Positions 29,445 to 39,434 are shown, counted from the stretch's first letter. The stretch is DNA of 64,000 nucleotides from Steroidobacteraceae bacterium (GCA_044866955.1 JBIOUH010000106.1:22395-86394), one strand, 5' to 3'. Numbers and translations are program-made. Notes: generated from the sequence alone by a model not told the origin.

Positions 29445-30569
29445 CTACGCCAACGACACACCGAGCAGCCTGCCGACACCAAACGTCACGGCCGCCGCCG
29501 CGCACCCGAACGCAACCTGCCGCATTGCTGAATAGGCGGGACTGCGGCCGTTGAACAGCGAAGTCAGCAGACCAATAGCCGCGAGCACGAGGGCGCACAG
29601 CCCTGCGCTCATTGCAAGCGCCGCTGTGCCGCCGCTCCACGCGTAAGGCAGGATCGGAAACACGGCGCCCATCGCAAACAGTGCGAACGAAGTGCCTGCT
29701 GCCGTCCAGGGATTGCCGCCGAGCTCTGCGGGATCGATGCCGAGCTCTTCGCGCGCGAGCGTGTCGAGCGCGACGTCCTTGTCCTGCATGATCTGCGCGG
29801 CGGCGCGTTGCGCTTCCGCTTTCGCGACGCCCTTCGCCTGCAGAATCAGCGCGAGCTCGTGTTGCTCGGCTTCGGGCGTCTGCTCGATCTCTTCGCGCTC
29901 CTTCGCCAGCTGCATCGTCGCGAGCTCGCGCGCGTTCGCGACCGAGAGCCACTCGCCGAGGGCCATCGAGCACGCGCCGGCCACCAGACCGGCAACCCCC
30001 GTGAGCAGGATCGTGCGCGTCGCAGTGCCCGCGCCCGCGACGCCCATCACCAGGCAGAAGTTCGACACCAGCCCGTCGTTCGCGCCCAGCACGGCGGCGC
30101 GCAAGTTGTTGCCGGACGCGTTACGGTGCCACGGCTCGGCGCGGCCGATCTCTGCGCCGAGCGTGCTCGAACGGCGTGTCGGTCCAGCGATCGCCTCGAC
30201 GACTGCGGCGTGACCCCGCTCCTCAGCAGAGATCGACTGTGCGTCGGGCTGGCTGAGGTACTTGCCGCGATCGTTGAATTCTGCCGCTGCGACGGTCGGC
30301 AGGACGAACCTGGGACCGAAGCGGCGCGCCAGCGCACCGAGCATGCGGGTGCGCAACGTCGGCGAGAACGACACATCGGTCACGCCGGCAGCGGTGAGCT
30401 TATCGCGCCAGAAACGCGCATGCCGCGCTTCGGCTTCGGCGAGCTGCAGGAAGATGTCGCGCCGGTTGGCGTCGCGCTCGGCCGCAGCGAGTGCATTGTA
30501 GAGCGCGGCGCCGTTGAGCTCGTCGATGAGGTTGGCGCGGAATCGCTGGATGTCGTCGACCGGCTTCAT
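29445..30569 (-). CDS. VIT1/CCC1 family metal transporter with ferritin/rubrerythrin-like N-domain
   Basis: AEAEARHA and EERGHA in the N-domain; LRAAVLGANDGL, GACSMALGEWLS, REELG. Confidence 0.9.
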   Translation of the reverse strand: MKPVDDIQRFRANLIDELNGAALYNALAAAERDANRRDIFLQLAEAEARHARFWRDKLTAAGVTDVSFSPTLRTRMLGALARRFGPRFVLPTVAAAEFNDRGKYLSQPDAQSISAEERGHAAVVEAIAGPTRRSSTLGAEIGRAEPWHRNASGNNLRAAVLGANDGLVSNFCLVMGVAGAGTATRTILLTGVAGLVAGACSMALGEWLSVANARELATMQLAKEREEIEQTPEAEQHELALILQAKGVAKAEAQRAAAQIMQDKDVALDTLAREELGIDPAELGGNPWTAAGTSFALFAMGAVFPILPYAWSGGTAALAMSAGLCALVLAAIGLLTSLFNGRSPAYSAMRQVAFGCAAAAVTFGVGRLLGVSLA

Positions 30570-32083
30570 GGCGTCGTCAACAGAGAGTAGACGATCTCGG
30601 TGCCGCTGAGGAAATGGCCGACGCGCAGGTTCTCGTTCTCCGCGTGCTGATTGTTGTCGCCGTTCACGGTCGGGATCAGCACGAACGGCAGGCGCAGCGC
30701 TTCGACCAGTACGTCGGTCGGCACCGTGCCGCCCATCATGCGAATGCGCACGGGCTCGGCCGCTGGATTCGGCGCCGTCGGCGACTTCAGCGCTGTGACC
30801 GCCCACTCGCCGACCGGGGCGTCCATCGGCGTGCGCGATGCGCGCTGCACCGGGCCGAGACGGAAGCTTGCAAGCTTGTCGAATGTGGCGCGCTCTTCGT
30901 CGCTCGGCGCCTGCTCCACCAGGTGATAGCCCTGCTGCTCGATGTGACGCTCGATCAGCTCGAACAGCTTGCGTCCATCGGTCGCCGGCGTCGTGCGGAT
31001 GTCGATCTCGGCGACGGCCTCGCTCGGCACGATGTTCGCCGCCTTCGCGCCGACGCCGGCCGCAGCCATGCCGCGCACGTTCAACGACGGATACTGGAGC
31101 GCCTCCTGGTAGTTCTCGCCTACTTTCTCGGCGCGCGCGATGCCGATTCGCTTACGCAATGCCGCTTCATCGTCACCGACGGCCGCGAGACTCGCCTTCT
31201 CCGCGGACGAAAGTGAGATGCCGTCGTAGTAGCCTTTCACGAGTACGCGTCCGTTGTCGTCCTTCATCGACGCCAGCAGCCGTGCGAGGCGCTGCGCCGG
31301 ATTCGGCGCGTAGTTGCCGAAGTGCCCGCTGTGCAGCGGCGCGCGCGGTCCGAAGACAGTGAGCGTCGCCTGCGTTTCGCCGCGATTGCCGAAGACGATC
31401 GTTGCGCGGCCGGAGTCGTGCTGCGGCCCGTCGAGAATCACGAGCGCGTCGGCAGCAAACGCCGCGCGCTCGCGCTCGATCATGCCGGCCAGACTCGGCG
31501 AGCTCATTTCCTCCTCGGGATCGAGCAGCACCTTGATGTTGATTGCCGGCGATTTCTGCTGCGCGCGCAGTACGTCGACAGCCGTGAGGATCATCATGAT
31601 CGGCGCCTTGTCGTCCGACGCCGAGCGCGCGAAGACGCGCAGTTCCGGGTCGAGCGGGCGCGCCTGCAATTGCTCACGACCGACCTCCTGCCATTTGCCC
31701 TGAGCGTCGCGCTTCTTGACCACGGGACGAAACGGATCCGCCTGCGACCAGTTCTCCGGAATCACCGGCTGACCGTCGAAATGCGCGTACAGCAGGACGG
31801 TGCGCGCCTTCGGTCCCGCAGCCGCAAGCTCCGCGAGCACTGCCGGCCGGTTGGCGGGATTCTCGAGCCGGCGCACCTTGAAGCCGCGCTTTGCGAACGC
31901 CTGCTCGATGAAACTCGCATTGCGTTGAATGTCTCCGGGCTGATCGGCGACGTTCGGGATGGCGAGCAGGTCGAGGAACTCCGGCCAATTGTGCTGCGCC
32001 TGGCGCGCGACCTCCGCGCTCATCGAGCCGGCGTGCGCTGTGCCGGCGAAAGCGACGAGGGCCAGTAGCAATGCCGTGCGCAT
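30566..32083 (-). CDS. Secreted M20/M25/M40 family metallo-hydrolase
   Basis: Signal peptide; YAHFDGQP, RSASDDK, PEEEMSS, LHSGHFGN, NQHAENEN. Confidence 0.9.
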   Translation of the reverse strand: MRTALLLALVAFAGTAHAGSMSAEVARQAQHNWPEFLDLLAIPNVADQPGDIQRNASFIEQAFAKRGFKVRRLENPANRPAVLAELAAAGPKARTVLLYAHFDGQPVIPENWSQADPFRPVVKKRDAQGKWQEVGREQLQARPLDPELRVFARSASDDKAPIMMILTAVDVLRAQQKSPAINIKVLLDPEEEMSSPSLAGMIERERAAFAADALVILDGPQHDSGRATIVFGNRGETQATLTVFGPRAPLHSGHFGNYAPNPAQRLARLLASMKDDNGRVLVKGYYDGISLSSAEKASLAAVGDDEAALRKRIGIARAEKVGENYQEALQYPSLNVRGMAAAGVGAKAANIVPSEAVAEIDIRTTPATDGRKLFELIERHIEQQGYHLVEQAPSDEERATFDKLASFRLGPVQRASRTPMDAPVGEWAVTALKSPTAPNPAAEPVRIRMMGGTVPTDVLVEALRLPFVLIPTVNGDNNQHAENENLRVGHFLSGTEIVYSLLTTP

Positions 32084-32246
32084 TGAGTGCTCCACAGTGG
32101 AAGGTGCCGCGAACGCTAAAGCACCCCGCGAAATCGCGTCAACGGCCGTAGCACTTTTATTTTCGCGGAGCGATTTCGCGGAGAACCCCGCTGGCATAGA
32201 ATGCGCGACTTTCGCGTCATCGCTGCCCGCGGCAGCACTCCCTCAA

Positions 32247-33674
32247 ATGTCTTCCCCAGCGGCAGAGTCCAACGATCGCCCGCAGGCCAGCACGTCGTTC
32301 TGGAGCGACGTCGCGCACGCGCTGAAAGGCGAGCAGCACGACTACACCAAGGAAACGCTCAACCGGGCGATCCTGCTGCTGGCCGTGCCGATGGTGCTGG
32401 AAATGCTGATGGAGTCGCTGTTCGCCGTCGTCGACGTCTTCTGGGTGTCGCGGCTCGGGCGCGACGCCGTCGCGGTGATCGGCCTGACGGAATCCGTGAT
32501 GAGCCTGATCTACGCGGTCGCCATCGGCATCTCGTTCGCGGCGACCGCGATCGTCGCGCGGCGTATCGGCGAGAAGGATCCGGAGCGCGCCGCGCGCTCG
32601 GCGGCGCAGATCATCATGCTAGGCGTGACGGTGTCCGCCGGACTCGGTGTGCTGTTCGGGTGGTTTGCGCCCGACATCCTCAGGCTGATGGGCGCCTCGC
32701 CGGCCATCGTCGAGATGGGCTCGGACTTCGCGCGCATCATGCTCGGCGGCAACGTCACGGTGTTCATGATCTTCCTGATCAACGCGATCTTTCGTGGCGC
32801 CGGCGACGCCGTGCTGGCGATGCGCACGCTGTGGCTCGCGAACGCATTCAACATCGTCCTCGGCCCGTGCTTCATCTTCGGCTGGGGACCGTTCCCGGAG
32901 ATGGGCGTGACCGGCGCCGCTGTCGCGACCAACATCGGACGCGGCATCGGCGTGCTGTATCAGCTGTGGCATCTCGCGGGACACAGCAGTCGCGTGCGGG
33001 TCCGGCTGCAGCACTTCCGGCCGCAGTTCGACGTGCTCAAGGGCATCATCACCACTTCGGGCAACGGCATCCTGCAGCTGGTGATCAGCACGACCAGCTG
33101 GGTCGGCCTGTTCAAGATCCTGTCCATGTTCGGCAGCGCCGCGCTGGCCGGCTACACGATCGCGATCCGCATCGTGGTGTTCGCGCTGATGCCCGCATGG
33201 GGTCTCGCGAACGCCGGCGCCACGCTCGTGGGGCAGAATCTCGGCGCGCAGCAGCCGGACCGCGCCGAGGCCGCGGTGCGCATCGCGACGCGCTTCAACG
33301 TGCTCCTGCTCGGAATAGTCGGCGCCGGGTTCGTGATCTTCGCGTATCCGCTCGTGAGCCTGTTCACGAGCGATCCGGAGACGCTCACCTACGGAGCGCG
33401 TGCGCTGTGGATCGTGAGCCTGGCGTTTCCGCTGTACGCAGCTGGCATGTGCCTGGAAGGGGCGTTCAATGGCGCCGGCGACACCTGGACGCCGACGCGC
33501 CTCAACTTCTTCTGCTTCTGGCTGGGGCAGGTGCCGCTCGCGTGGATCCTCGCGGACGTCCTCGGCCTCGGCGCGATGGGTGTGTTCATCGCCGTGCCGG
33601 TCTCGTTCTCGGTGCTGGCGCTGTGGAGCGCCGTGCTCTTCAAGCGCGGCAAGTGGAAGCTGCAGAAGGTGTAG
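32247..33674 (+). CDS. MATE family efflux transporter
   Basis: About 12 TM segments; LAVPMVLEM, FRGAGDA, GVTGAAVAT, GQNLGA. Confidence 0.92.
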   Translation: MSSPAAESNDRPQASTSFWSDVAHALKGEQHDYTKETLNRAILLLAVPMVLEMLMESLFAVVDVFWVSRLGRDAVAVIGLTESVMSLIYAVAIGISFAATAIVARRIGEKDPERAARSAAQIIMLGVTVSAGLGVLFGWFAPDILRLMGASPAIVEMGSDFARIMLGGNVTVFMIFLINAIFRGAGDAVLAMRTLWLANAFNIVLGPCFIFGWGPFPEMGVTGAAVATNIGRGIGVLYQLWHLAGHSSRVRVRLQHFRPQFDVLKGIITTSGNGILQLVISTTSWVGLFKILSMFGSAALAGYTIAIRIVVFALMPAWGLANAGATLVGQNLGAQQPDRAEAAVRIATRFNVLLLGIVGAGFVIFAYPLVSLFTSDPETLTYGARALWIVSLAFPLYAAGMCLEGAFNGAGDTWTPTRLNFFCFWLGQVPLAWILADVLGLGAMGVFIAVPVSFSVLALWSAVLFKRGKWKLQKV

Positions 33675-33745
33675 GTCGGGCCGCTCCAGCGCATCCTGCG
33701 CGCGCGCCATTCGCGCATCCGTGCGCAGCAGCTTCAGCCCGACTC
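33671..33745 (+). repeat. Composite GTAG-type REP-like palindrome, copy 2
   Basis: GTAGGTCGGGC...GCTTCAGCCCGACTC with the same internal CATCC-containing segment as copy 1. Confidence 0.7.
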
Positions 33746-34453
33746 GTCGAAGGCGCTCGCCGGCACCTCGATCCAGATCGCGCGCGCGATCGCCACGAGC
33801 TCGCCGCTTGCCGAATACACTGCGGAGCCCGCGAAGCGCTTACGGCCTTCGACCTGCAGCGGCCAGCCCATCGCTACGCATTTCTCGCCCGGCTGCACCT
33901 GACCGCGGATCGAGCCGGTGAGCTGACCGAGCACGACCGTCGTGCCTTCGCGCGGCGACCACAGCGCGAAACCGCTGGGGCAGTCGAGCGCCGCCCACAG
34001 GAATTCGTTCGCGGTCGGCGAGCCGAGGGATTCGTCGACGATCCACGGCGCTGCCACGACCTCCCGGCCTGCCACTGCGCCCGCAAAGATCCGCAGCCCG
34101 TCGCCCGGCTTGCGGTCCGGGCCGCAGACGAAGCAGTTCGGGAACGTGTGGGTCTCGAAGCCGTGATAGTGCTTCGAGCTTTCGCTCGCTACTGCGAAAG
34201 ACACTGGCGCCGGCGCCGCGATATCGAGCTGCGCCGCGCGCCCTTCGCCGACCAGCGTCGTTCCCGACAACAGCTTGACCACTCCGTCGGTCACGTCGAC
34301 CTGCAACGGCGTCTCGAGCGGCGGCGGAATCGCCAGCCTGACGGTAGCTGTGCCTGGCACGTGCCGCGCAATTCGTCCGCAGACGTAACCGCCGTTGCCC
34401 GAGCGCGCCGGACCGCGAAAGCGTCGATCGAGCTGTAAGGTCTCAACGATCAT
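33734..34453 (-). CDS. Double hot-dog fold / thioesterase-like protein
   Basis: FRGPARSGNGGY, CFVCG, WAALDCP, GRKRFAGSA. Confidence 0.7.
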   Translation of the reverse strand: MIVETLQLDRRFRGPARSGNGGYVCGRIARHVPGTATVRLAIPPPLETPLQVDVTDGVVKLLSGTTLVGEGRAAQLDIAAPAPVSFAVASESSKHYHGFETHTFPNCFVCGPDRKPGDGLRIFAGAVAGREVVAAPWIVDESLGSPTANEFLWAALDCPSGFALWSPREGTTVVLGQLTGSIRGQVQPGEKCVAMGWPLQVEGRKRFAGSAVYSASGELVAIARAIWIEVPASAFDESG

Positions 34454-35787
34454 TGTGCACACCGCAGGATGGCTTCGATGCTCTGCGCGACGTCCGCGTC
34501 AGTCGTCGCCCACGACGAAACGCTGATGCGCATCGCAATGGTTCCCTGCCACGAAGTGCCGCCGCACCAGCACGTGCCGTCCTGCTGAATCGCCGCGATC
34601 ACGCGTCGCGTCCGCTCCGCAGTGCCGAATGAAACGAGCACCTGGTTCAGCACCACGTCGTTCAGGACCTGATATCCAGCTGCGCGCAACTCGTTCGCGA
34701 AGCGCTCTGCGTGGCCGCAGTTGCGCTCGATCAGCTCCGCGAGCCCGCGCCGGCCGAGCGAGCGCAGCGCGGCCCAGACTTCGACGGCGCGTGCGCGCCG
34801 CGACATGTCGGGCACGAACATGTGCGGATCGCGCGTCTCGCCCGCGATGAGGTAGGCGGCGCTGGCCGCCATCGCTGCATTGAGCGCGAGCGGGTCGCGC
34901 ACGAACACGAGGCCGCTGTCGTACGGCACGTTGAGCCATTTGTGCGCGTCGGTTGCGATCGAATCCGCGAGATCGATACCAGCCGCCAGCTCGCGCTTGG
35001 CGGGCGCCGCCGCGGCCCACAGGCCGAACGCGCCGTCGACGTGAATCCACGCGCCCGTTCCGCGGACTCGCGCAGCGATCTCGCCGAGCGGATCGAACGC
35101 GCCGGTGTTCACATTGCCGGCTTGCGCGCAGACAATCGTCGGGCCTTCGGGCGGCGGCAGTTGCGACGCGATCATTCGACCCTGGCCGTCGACCGGCACG
35201 CGCACGACGCGCTCGCGTCCGAGGCCAAGCAGGCTCAGGGCCTTCAACAGGCTGACGTGCACTTCCTGGCCGACCATGACAGTGATCGGCGGCGCGCCGA
35301 ACAATCCCTGCGCTTCGACATCCCAGCCGTGAGCGCGCAGAACTGCGTGTCGCGCAGCCGCGAGTCCGGTGAAATTCGCCATGGTCGCGCCGGTGACGAA
35401 GCCGACCTCTGTCTGCGCGGGCAGGCCGAGCAGCTCCACGAGCCAGTCGCGGCACACCCTTTCCAGGTAGGCACCCACCGGCGAGTTGAGCTCGAGCCCG
35501 GCGTTCTGGTCCCAGGCTGCGGCGAGCATGTTCGCGGCGCGTGCAGCGGGCAACGTGGCGCCAGTGACGAAGCCGAAATAGCGGCCGCCGGTGCTGGCGA
35601 CGGTCGCAGGCGAGCCGATCGCGTCGAGCTCGGCGAGCACGGCGGCGGGAGCGAGCGGCTCTTCCTGTAACGGGATCGAAAAGCGCTCGAGATCCTGCAG
35701 CGCCGCCGGAGCGGGGAATACGCGGCGCCGGGCGATGGCTTCGAGATAGCGCTGCGCGCGCTCTGCGACGTCTTTCAGTAGATCCAA
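34450..35787 (-). CDS. PLP-dependent group II (aromatic amino acid) decarboxylase
   Basis: YFGFVTG, FVTGATMAN, GNVNTGAFD, HVDGAFG, TDAHKWLN (PLP lysine). Probable TTG start. Confidence 0.9.
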   Translation of the reverse strand: MDLLKDVAERAQRYLEAIARRRVFPAPAALQDLERFSIPLQEEPLAPAAVLAELDAIGSPATVASTGGRYFGFVTGATLPAARAANMLAAAWDQNAGLELNSPVGAYLERVCRDWLVELLGLPAQTEVGFVTGATMANFTGLAAARHAVLRAHGWDVEAQGLFGAPPITVMVGQEVHVSLLKALSLLGLGRERVVRVPVDGQGRMIASQLPPPEGPTIVCAQAGNVNTGAFDPLGEIAARVRGTGAWIHVDGAFGLWAAAAPAKRELAAGIDLADSIATDAHKWLNVPYDSGLVFVRDPLALNAAMAASAAYLIAGETRDPHMFVPDMSRRARAVEVWAALRSLGRRGLAELIERNCGHAERFANELRAAGYQVLNDVVLNQVLVSFGTAERTRRVIAAIQQDGTCWCGGTSWQGTIAMRISVSSWATTDADVAQSIEAILRCAQ

Positions 35788-35789
35788 AG

Positions 35790-36755
35790 TCAGTGCTCGC
35801 TGGCAGCGCGCTCTTCGGCGCGGGCACCGGACAGGATACCGGAGAGCCCGATGTTGCCTTCGTGGCAGGCGTATTCGTAGATGTGCTGATCGCTGCGTCG
35901 CAGAGGAATCATCAAGGTCCACGGCCGGGTCCAGGTCTGCGGATCGTCGACAGTGACTTCGTACTGCAGTGTGTTCGGGCCGACGCGCGTGAAGCGCTCG
36001 GTCAAACGCAGCGTGTCGGAGGCGATGAGGAAGCTCCTGCGCAGGTTGGTCGTCTCGACGACGAGCGTATCGCCGTCCCAATGGCCGCGCGAATCGCCCA
36101 TCCACGAGCTGATCGCGGCGGGCGCGTGCGGCCGGCCGTCGAGCAGCACGATGCGCGCGTCGTGAATCTTTTCCGAGTAGAACACGACCGCGCCGGGACT
36201 CTGCACGATCTGGTAGTAGCTGTTGTAGCCCGCGAGCACGTCCGGCACGCCGAAGGTAATGCAGCGCTCGCTCAGGCCGCGCGCTTCGGGGCCTTCCGCG
36301 GATTGCGTGGGAAACGCGATCATCGTGCGGCCCGTGGCCTGTGGCACGACCGGCGGCATGCGGCCGTCGGGCGGATCGGTGATCAGCGACGTGCGATTGT
36401 CGAAGTCGCGCTCGACCAGCCAGAACGCGTTGTAGTTGCCGGTCGGCACGTCGAACGTCGTCGGCTTGTATTTCTGCACGTCGAGCAGCACCGCTTCGAA
36501 GATAGCGTCGCCGAACGCGGCGTCGCCGTCGCCGGCGAAGATCTGCTCGTAGCGTCGCTTGAGCGCGGCGACTTCCTGTTCGGTCAGGTAGGCGCGGCCC
36601 TGGAGCATCGCGGGGCGCTCCAGCGGTGTCGCGGTGTTGTTCGCCCACACGCCTTGCAGGTCGGGCTTGCCGTCCGCCGTCCGCGGCGGCGTGTAAGCAT
36701 GAGCAGGACCTGCCAGCACAATTGCCAGGAGAAGAGCGCAGTACAGCGGTTGCAT
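35790..36755 (-). CDS. Secreted hypothetical protein
   Basis: Signal peptide; PRTADGKPDLQGVW, GDSRGHWDGDTLVVETTN, YEYACHEGN; function unknown. Confidence 0.8.
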   Translation of the reverse strand: MQPLYCALLLAIVLAGPAHAYTPPRTADGKPDLQGVWANNTATPLERPAMLQGRAYLTEQEVAALKRRYEQIFAGDGDAAFGDAIFEAVLLDVQKYKPTTFDVPTGNYNAFWLVERDFDNRTSLITDPPDGRMPPVVPQATGRTMIAFPTQSAEGPEARGLSERCITFGVPDVLAGYNSYYQIVQSPGAVVFYSEKIHDARIVLLDGRPHAPAAISSWMGDSRGHWDGDTLVVETTNLRRSFLIASDTLRLTERFTRVGPNTLQYEVTVDDPQTWTRPWTLMIPLRRSDQHIYEYACHEGNIGLSGILSGARAEERAASEH

Positions 36756-36824
36756 GGGCGACCTCTCTGCGGTGCATGGAAGCACCGCCGCCCCTGAAGC
36801 GTCAAATGGCGCGGCAGCTGCGCG

Positions 36825-38071
36825 TCACCAGTTCACTTCGACGCCGGCCTGAATGCGGTTGCGGTCGTAATCGAACTCCGGCAGCTCGGCCTGATTGTCC
36901 GCGTACGCGTAACGCATGACGGCGCGCCAGCGCTGGCCGAAGCTGCGGCTCAACCCGAGCCACACCTCGGTACGATCTTCGGCGCTGTTGTCCGCGACGT
37001 CGTAGCGGCTGCGATCGAATGCCAGGCCGGCTTCCACGGTCCAGTACTCGTTCAGGTCGCGCTGCGCGTCGACCAGGAGCTGGTGCCGATCGAAAGACAG
37101 GTCTTCTTCGCGGTAGTCGGTGGTGTCGTACCGATATTGGACCGCGACATCCCACCGGGCGCGACGCCAGATGCCGCGAACAGCGAGCTCGTGCCGGGTG
37201 CCGTCGAGGCCCTCGAAGCCGTCCAGCCCGTTGATGTCGTGGAAGCGGTAGCGCACGCGCAAGCGCCATTCCTCCGTCAACGAGCGCGCCGCCTGCAGGA
37301 TCAGCACCGCCTTGTTCTGGAAGCCTTCGCCGTCGAGTGTCGAGTACGCGAGCTGCACGCCAGCCTCGCTGTTCCAATTGCCGAGGGGCAGGCGATAACG
37401 CGCAGCTGCGCTGATGCCCAGCTGGTCGAAGCTGTCCAGGTCCTGGTAGTCGAGCAGCACCACATCGCCGTCGAAGCGCCACGGGCCCGTGAGCGGAGCA
37501 GTAACAGCCAGCTGCACCTCCGTGAACGCGTCGTCCGTATCGGTGACGCCGAGCACGTCGCCGTTGGCGACGAGTGCGACGTTGTCGTCATAGCCGGCTG
37601 CGACTGAGCCGTAGGCGTACCAGTTGCGTTCGGCGGGTTGCGGCAGTCGCGCGAGCTGTTCGGTCGCGAGCGATTGCAAGCGCTCGTCGCTGGCTTCGCG
37701 TTGCACCTGCGCGAACCACTTTGCCGCCTGCTGCTCTTTGTGCTCGGCAAGGGCGACGAGCCCGAGGTTGTAGTGCGCCAGCGGCGCCATGGCAGGGGTG
37801 CGAGCGACCTGGCCGAAGGCCGCCGCAGCGCGCGACCACTGGCCGACGCGATAGGCACACACGCCGATGTTGAAGTGCACGACCGGCCCGGTCATGCCCG
37901 CCGCCGCCGCGGCTTCGAACGCGTCGAGCGCGGCAGCGTAGTCCTGCGCGGCGACGGCTTGCTTGCCGTTTTCGAACTGCAGCGACGCTTCGGAGTTGTT
38001 TGCGCCAGCGGCTACGGGAAGGAGAAATGCGAGCAGCAGCGCCGCGAGTGCGGCGCGCCACGATCGGTCAC
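36825..38071 (-). CDS. TPR-domain plus outer-membrane beta-barrel protein (start uncertain)
   Basis: Signal-like WRAALAALLLAFLLPVAAGA; TPR helices (HFNIGVCAY, HYNLGLV); GYDDNV and amphipathic beta strands ending in Trp. Confidence 0.8.
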
Positions 38072-38844
38072 TGATTCTTGGGAGGCTTGGGAGTCTCCGG
38101 GCGATCCGGATGCTCCGGGCGCCCCGGTCGGTCGCGATCGGACGGTGGCCCATGACCGGGAGGTTCATCGGGCGGACCGCGATCGGGCGGCGGCCCATGA
38201 CCGGGTGGTTCATCGGGCGGACCGCGATCGGGCGGCGGCCCATGACCGGGCGGTTCATCGGGCGGACCGTGATCGGGTGGCGGCCCATGACCGGGCGGTT
38301 CATCGGGCGGACCGTGATCGGGCGGCGGCCCGTGACCGGGCGGTTCATCGGGCGGGCCGCCGGGCGGTTCACCGGGCGGACCGTGATCGCGATCGCGCTG
38401 CTCTTCGGCTTTGGCGCGTCGCGCGGTTTCGCGCTGGTCGGAGGCCTCGCGGGCGCGCTCCTGTGCGGCTTCGGCTGTCTCCCTGCCGTGCTCGTTGGCG
38501 ACGTTGTCGCGATCCTTGTCGGGCCCGGTGTCCGGCTTCGAGTTGTCGTTGCCGGCGCTGTTGCCGCGTGACTTGTCGCCGGAGGGGGCGCCCTGAGCGG
38601 CGGGCGCAGGGGCTGCGGACTTGCGCGGAGGCAGAGGAATTCGGCGAACGACTTCGTCGGGCTGCTTGGCATCCGGGTCCACGATGATCTGCATCGTCAC
38701 GTCGAGATCGTTGCGTTTCGCCTGCTGGGCCGCTGCGCTCTCCGAGAGCAGGCACAGGAGCAGGGAAGCCGCGGACATGACGCCCGCCCGCATGATCACT
38801 GCCCGGCGCGGCGCTGACAAGACGCTATTTGCGACGCTCGTCAT
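38068..38844 (-). CDS. Secreted low-complexity protein with Pro/Gly/His/Asp tandem repeats
   Basis: ATGA overlap with the upstream anti-sigma stop; signal-like LLLCLLSESAAAQ; (GPPDEPPGHGPPPD[H/R]) x ~5. Confidence 0.75.
   Translation of the reverse strand: MTSVANSVLSAPRRAVIMRAGVMSAASLLLCLLSESAAAQQAKRNDLDVTMQIIVDPDAKQPDEVVRRIPLPPRKSAAPAPAAQGAPSGDKSRGNSAGNDNSKPDTGPDKDRDNVANEHGRETAEAAQERAREASDQRETARRAKAEEQRDRDHGPPGEPPGGPPDEPPGHGPPPDHGPPDEPPGHGPPPDHGPPDEPPGHGPPPDRGPPDEPPGHGPPPDRGPPDEPPGHGPPSDRDRPGRPEHPDRPETPKPPKNQ
38135..38390 (-). repeat. 45-bp coding tandem repeat, about 5 copies
   Basis: CATGACCGGG recurs at 38151, 38196, 38241, 38286 and (as CGTGACCGGG) 38331; no spacers. Confidence 0.9.
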
Positions 38845-39434
38845 GATCTCGACACCTTGGGGTCGGTCACAGTGAGCTCGACTGCGACGCGCCGCGTACG
38901 GCCATCGTGCTCGATGACCGCGACGAGCTGGCCCTTGCCCGCAGTGCGCGCCACTACCGGCAGTGACAACAGATTGCTGCCACGCTCGAGGTCGGCCTGC
39001 CAATCGACGTGCTGCTCATCGTCGAATCCGTCCAGCGCGATGCTGCCGGTCGCGGCGATGCGGATCGTCGCGCCCTTCAGCTCGCGCTCGGAATCGATCA
39101 ACACGTCGACGTTGCGAGTTTCGTGCAGCGTCAGCGCGAGACGCGGCTGCGGCCCCATCGTCGAATCGACGGGACGCAGCAGCATGATTGTGACCGCAGC
39201 GGCCGCTGCGGCGCCGAGCGCGGCGCCAGCCCAGGTCTCCCACCGGGACATGAAGCGGCGCAGGCGAGCCGGGAGCGACGCCTGGGCCACGCGCTGTGGC
39301 GCTGCCGCCTGAGCCAGCGCGCGCTCGACAAAACCGAAACGCGGCTCGGGCGTCGGCATCCGCCGCAGCGCCTGTCGCAGGGTCTGGAAGTCGTCGTCGG
39401 CCACGTAAGGTCCTGTTTCCTCCGTCCCTTTCAT
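38841..39434 (-). CDS. Putative membrane-anchored anti-sigma factor
   Basis: ATGA-coupled to the ECF sigma; LRRMPTPEP..GFVERAL cytoplasmic part, one TM, periplasmic beta domain. Confidence 0.65.
   Translation of the reverse strand: MKGTEETGPYVADDDFQTLRQALRRMPTPEPRFGFVERALAQAAAPQRVAQASLPARLRRFMSRWETWAGAALGAAAAAAVTIMLLRPVDSTMGPQPRLALTLHETRNVDVLIDSERELKGATIRIAATGSIALDGFDDEQHVDWQADLERGSNLLSLPVVARTAGKGQLVAVIEHDGRTRRVAVELTVTDPKVSRS

Noticed and set aside
27088-29973. 961-aa minus-strand ORF and other long antisense ORFs (1888-3525, 3544-5157, 5359-7374, 15730-17790, 43773-45602, 50667-52160)
   Set aside because: They mirror well-supported genes, are Arg/Ala-rich without family motifs, and are expected shadow ORFs in high-GC DNA.
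38135-38390. Possible CRISPR array
   Set aside because: Units are contiguous 45-bp in-frame coding repeats with no unique spacers, and no cas genes are present.
38072-38672. Long RPMNRPVMG repeat N-terminus of the 615-aa ORF
   Set aside because: It is an alternative reading of the repeat in the overlapping Pro-rich gene; the TPR protein's signal-like segment starts near 38060.
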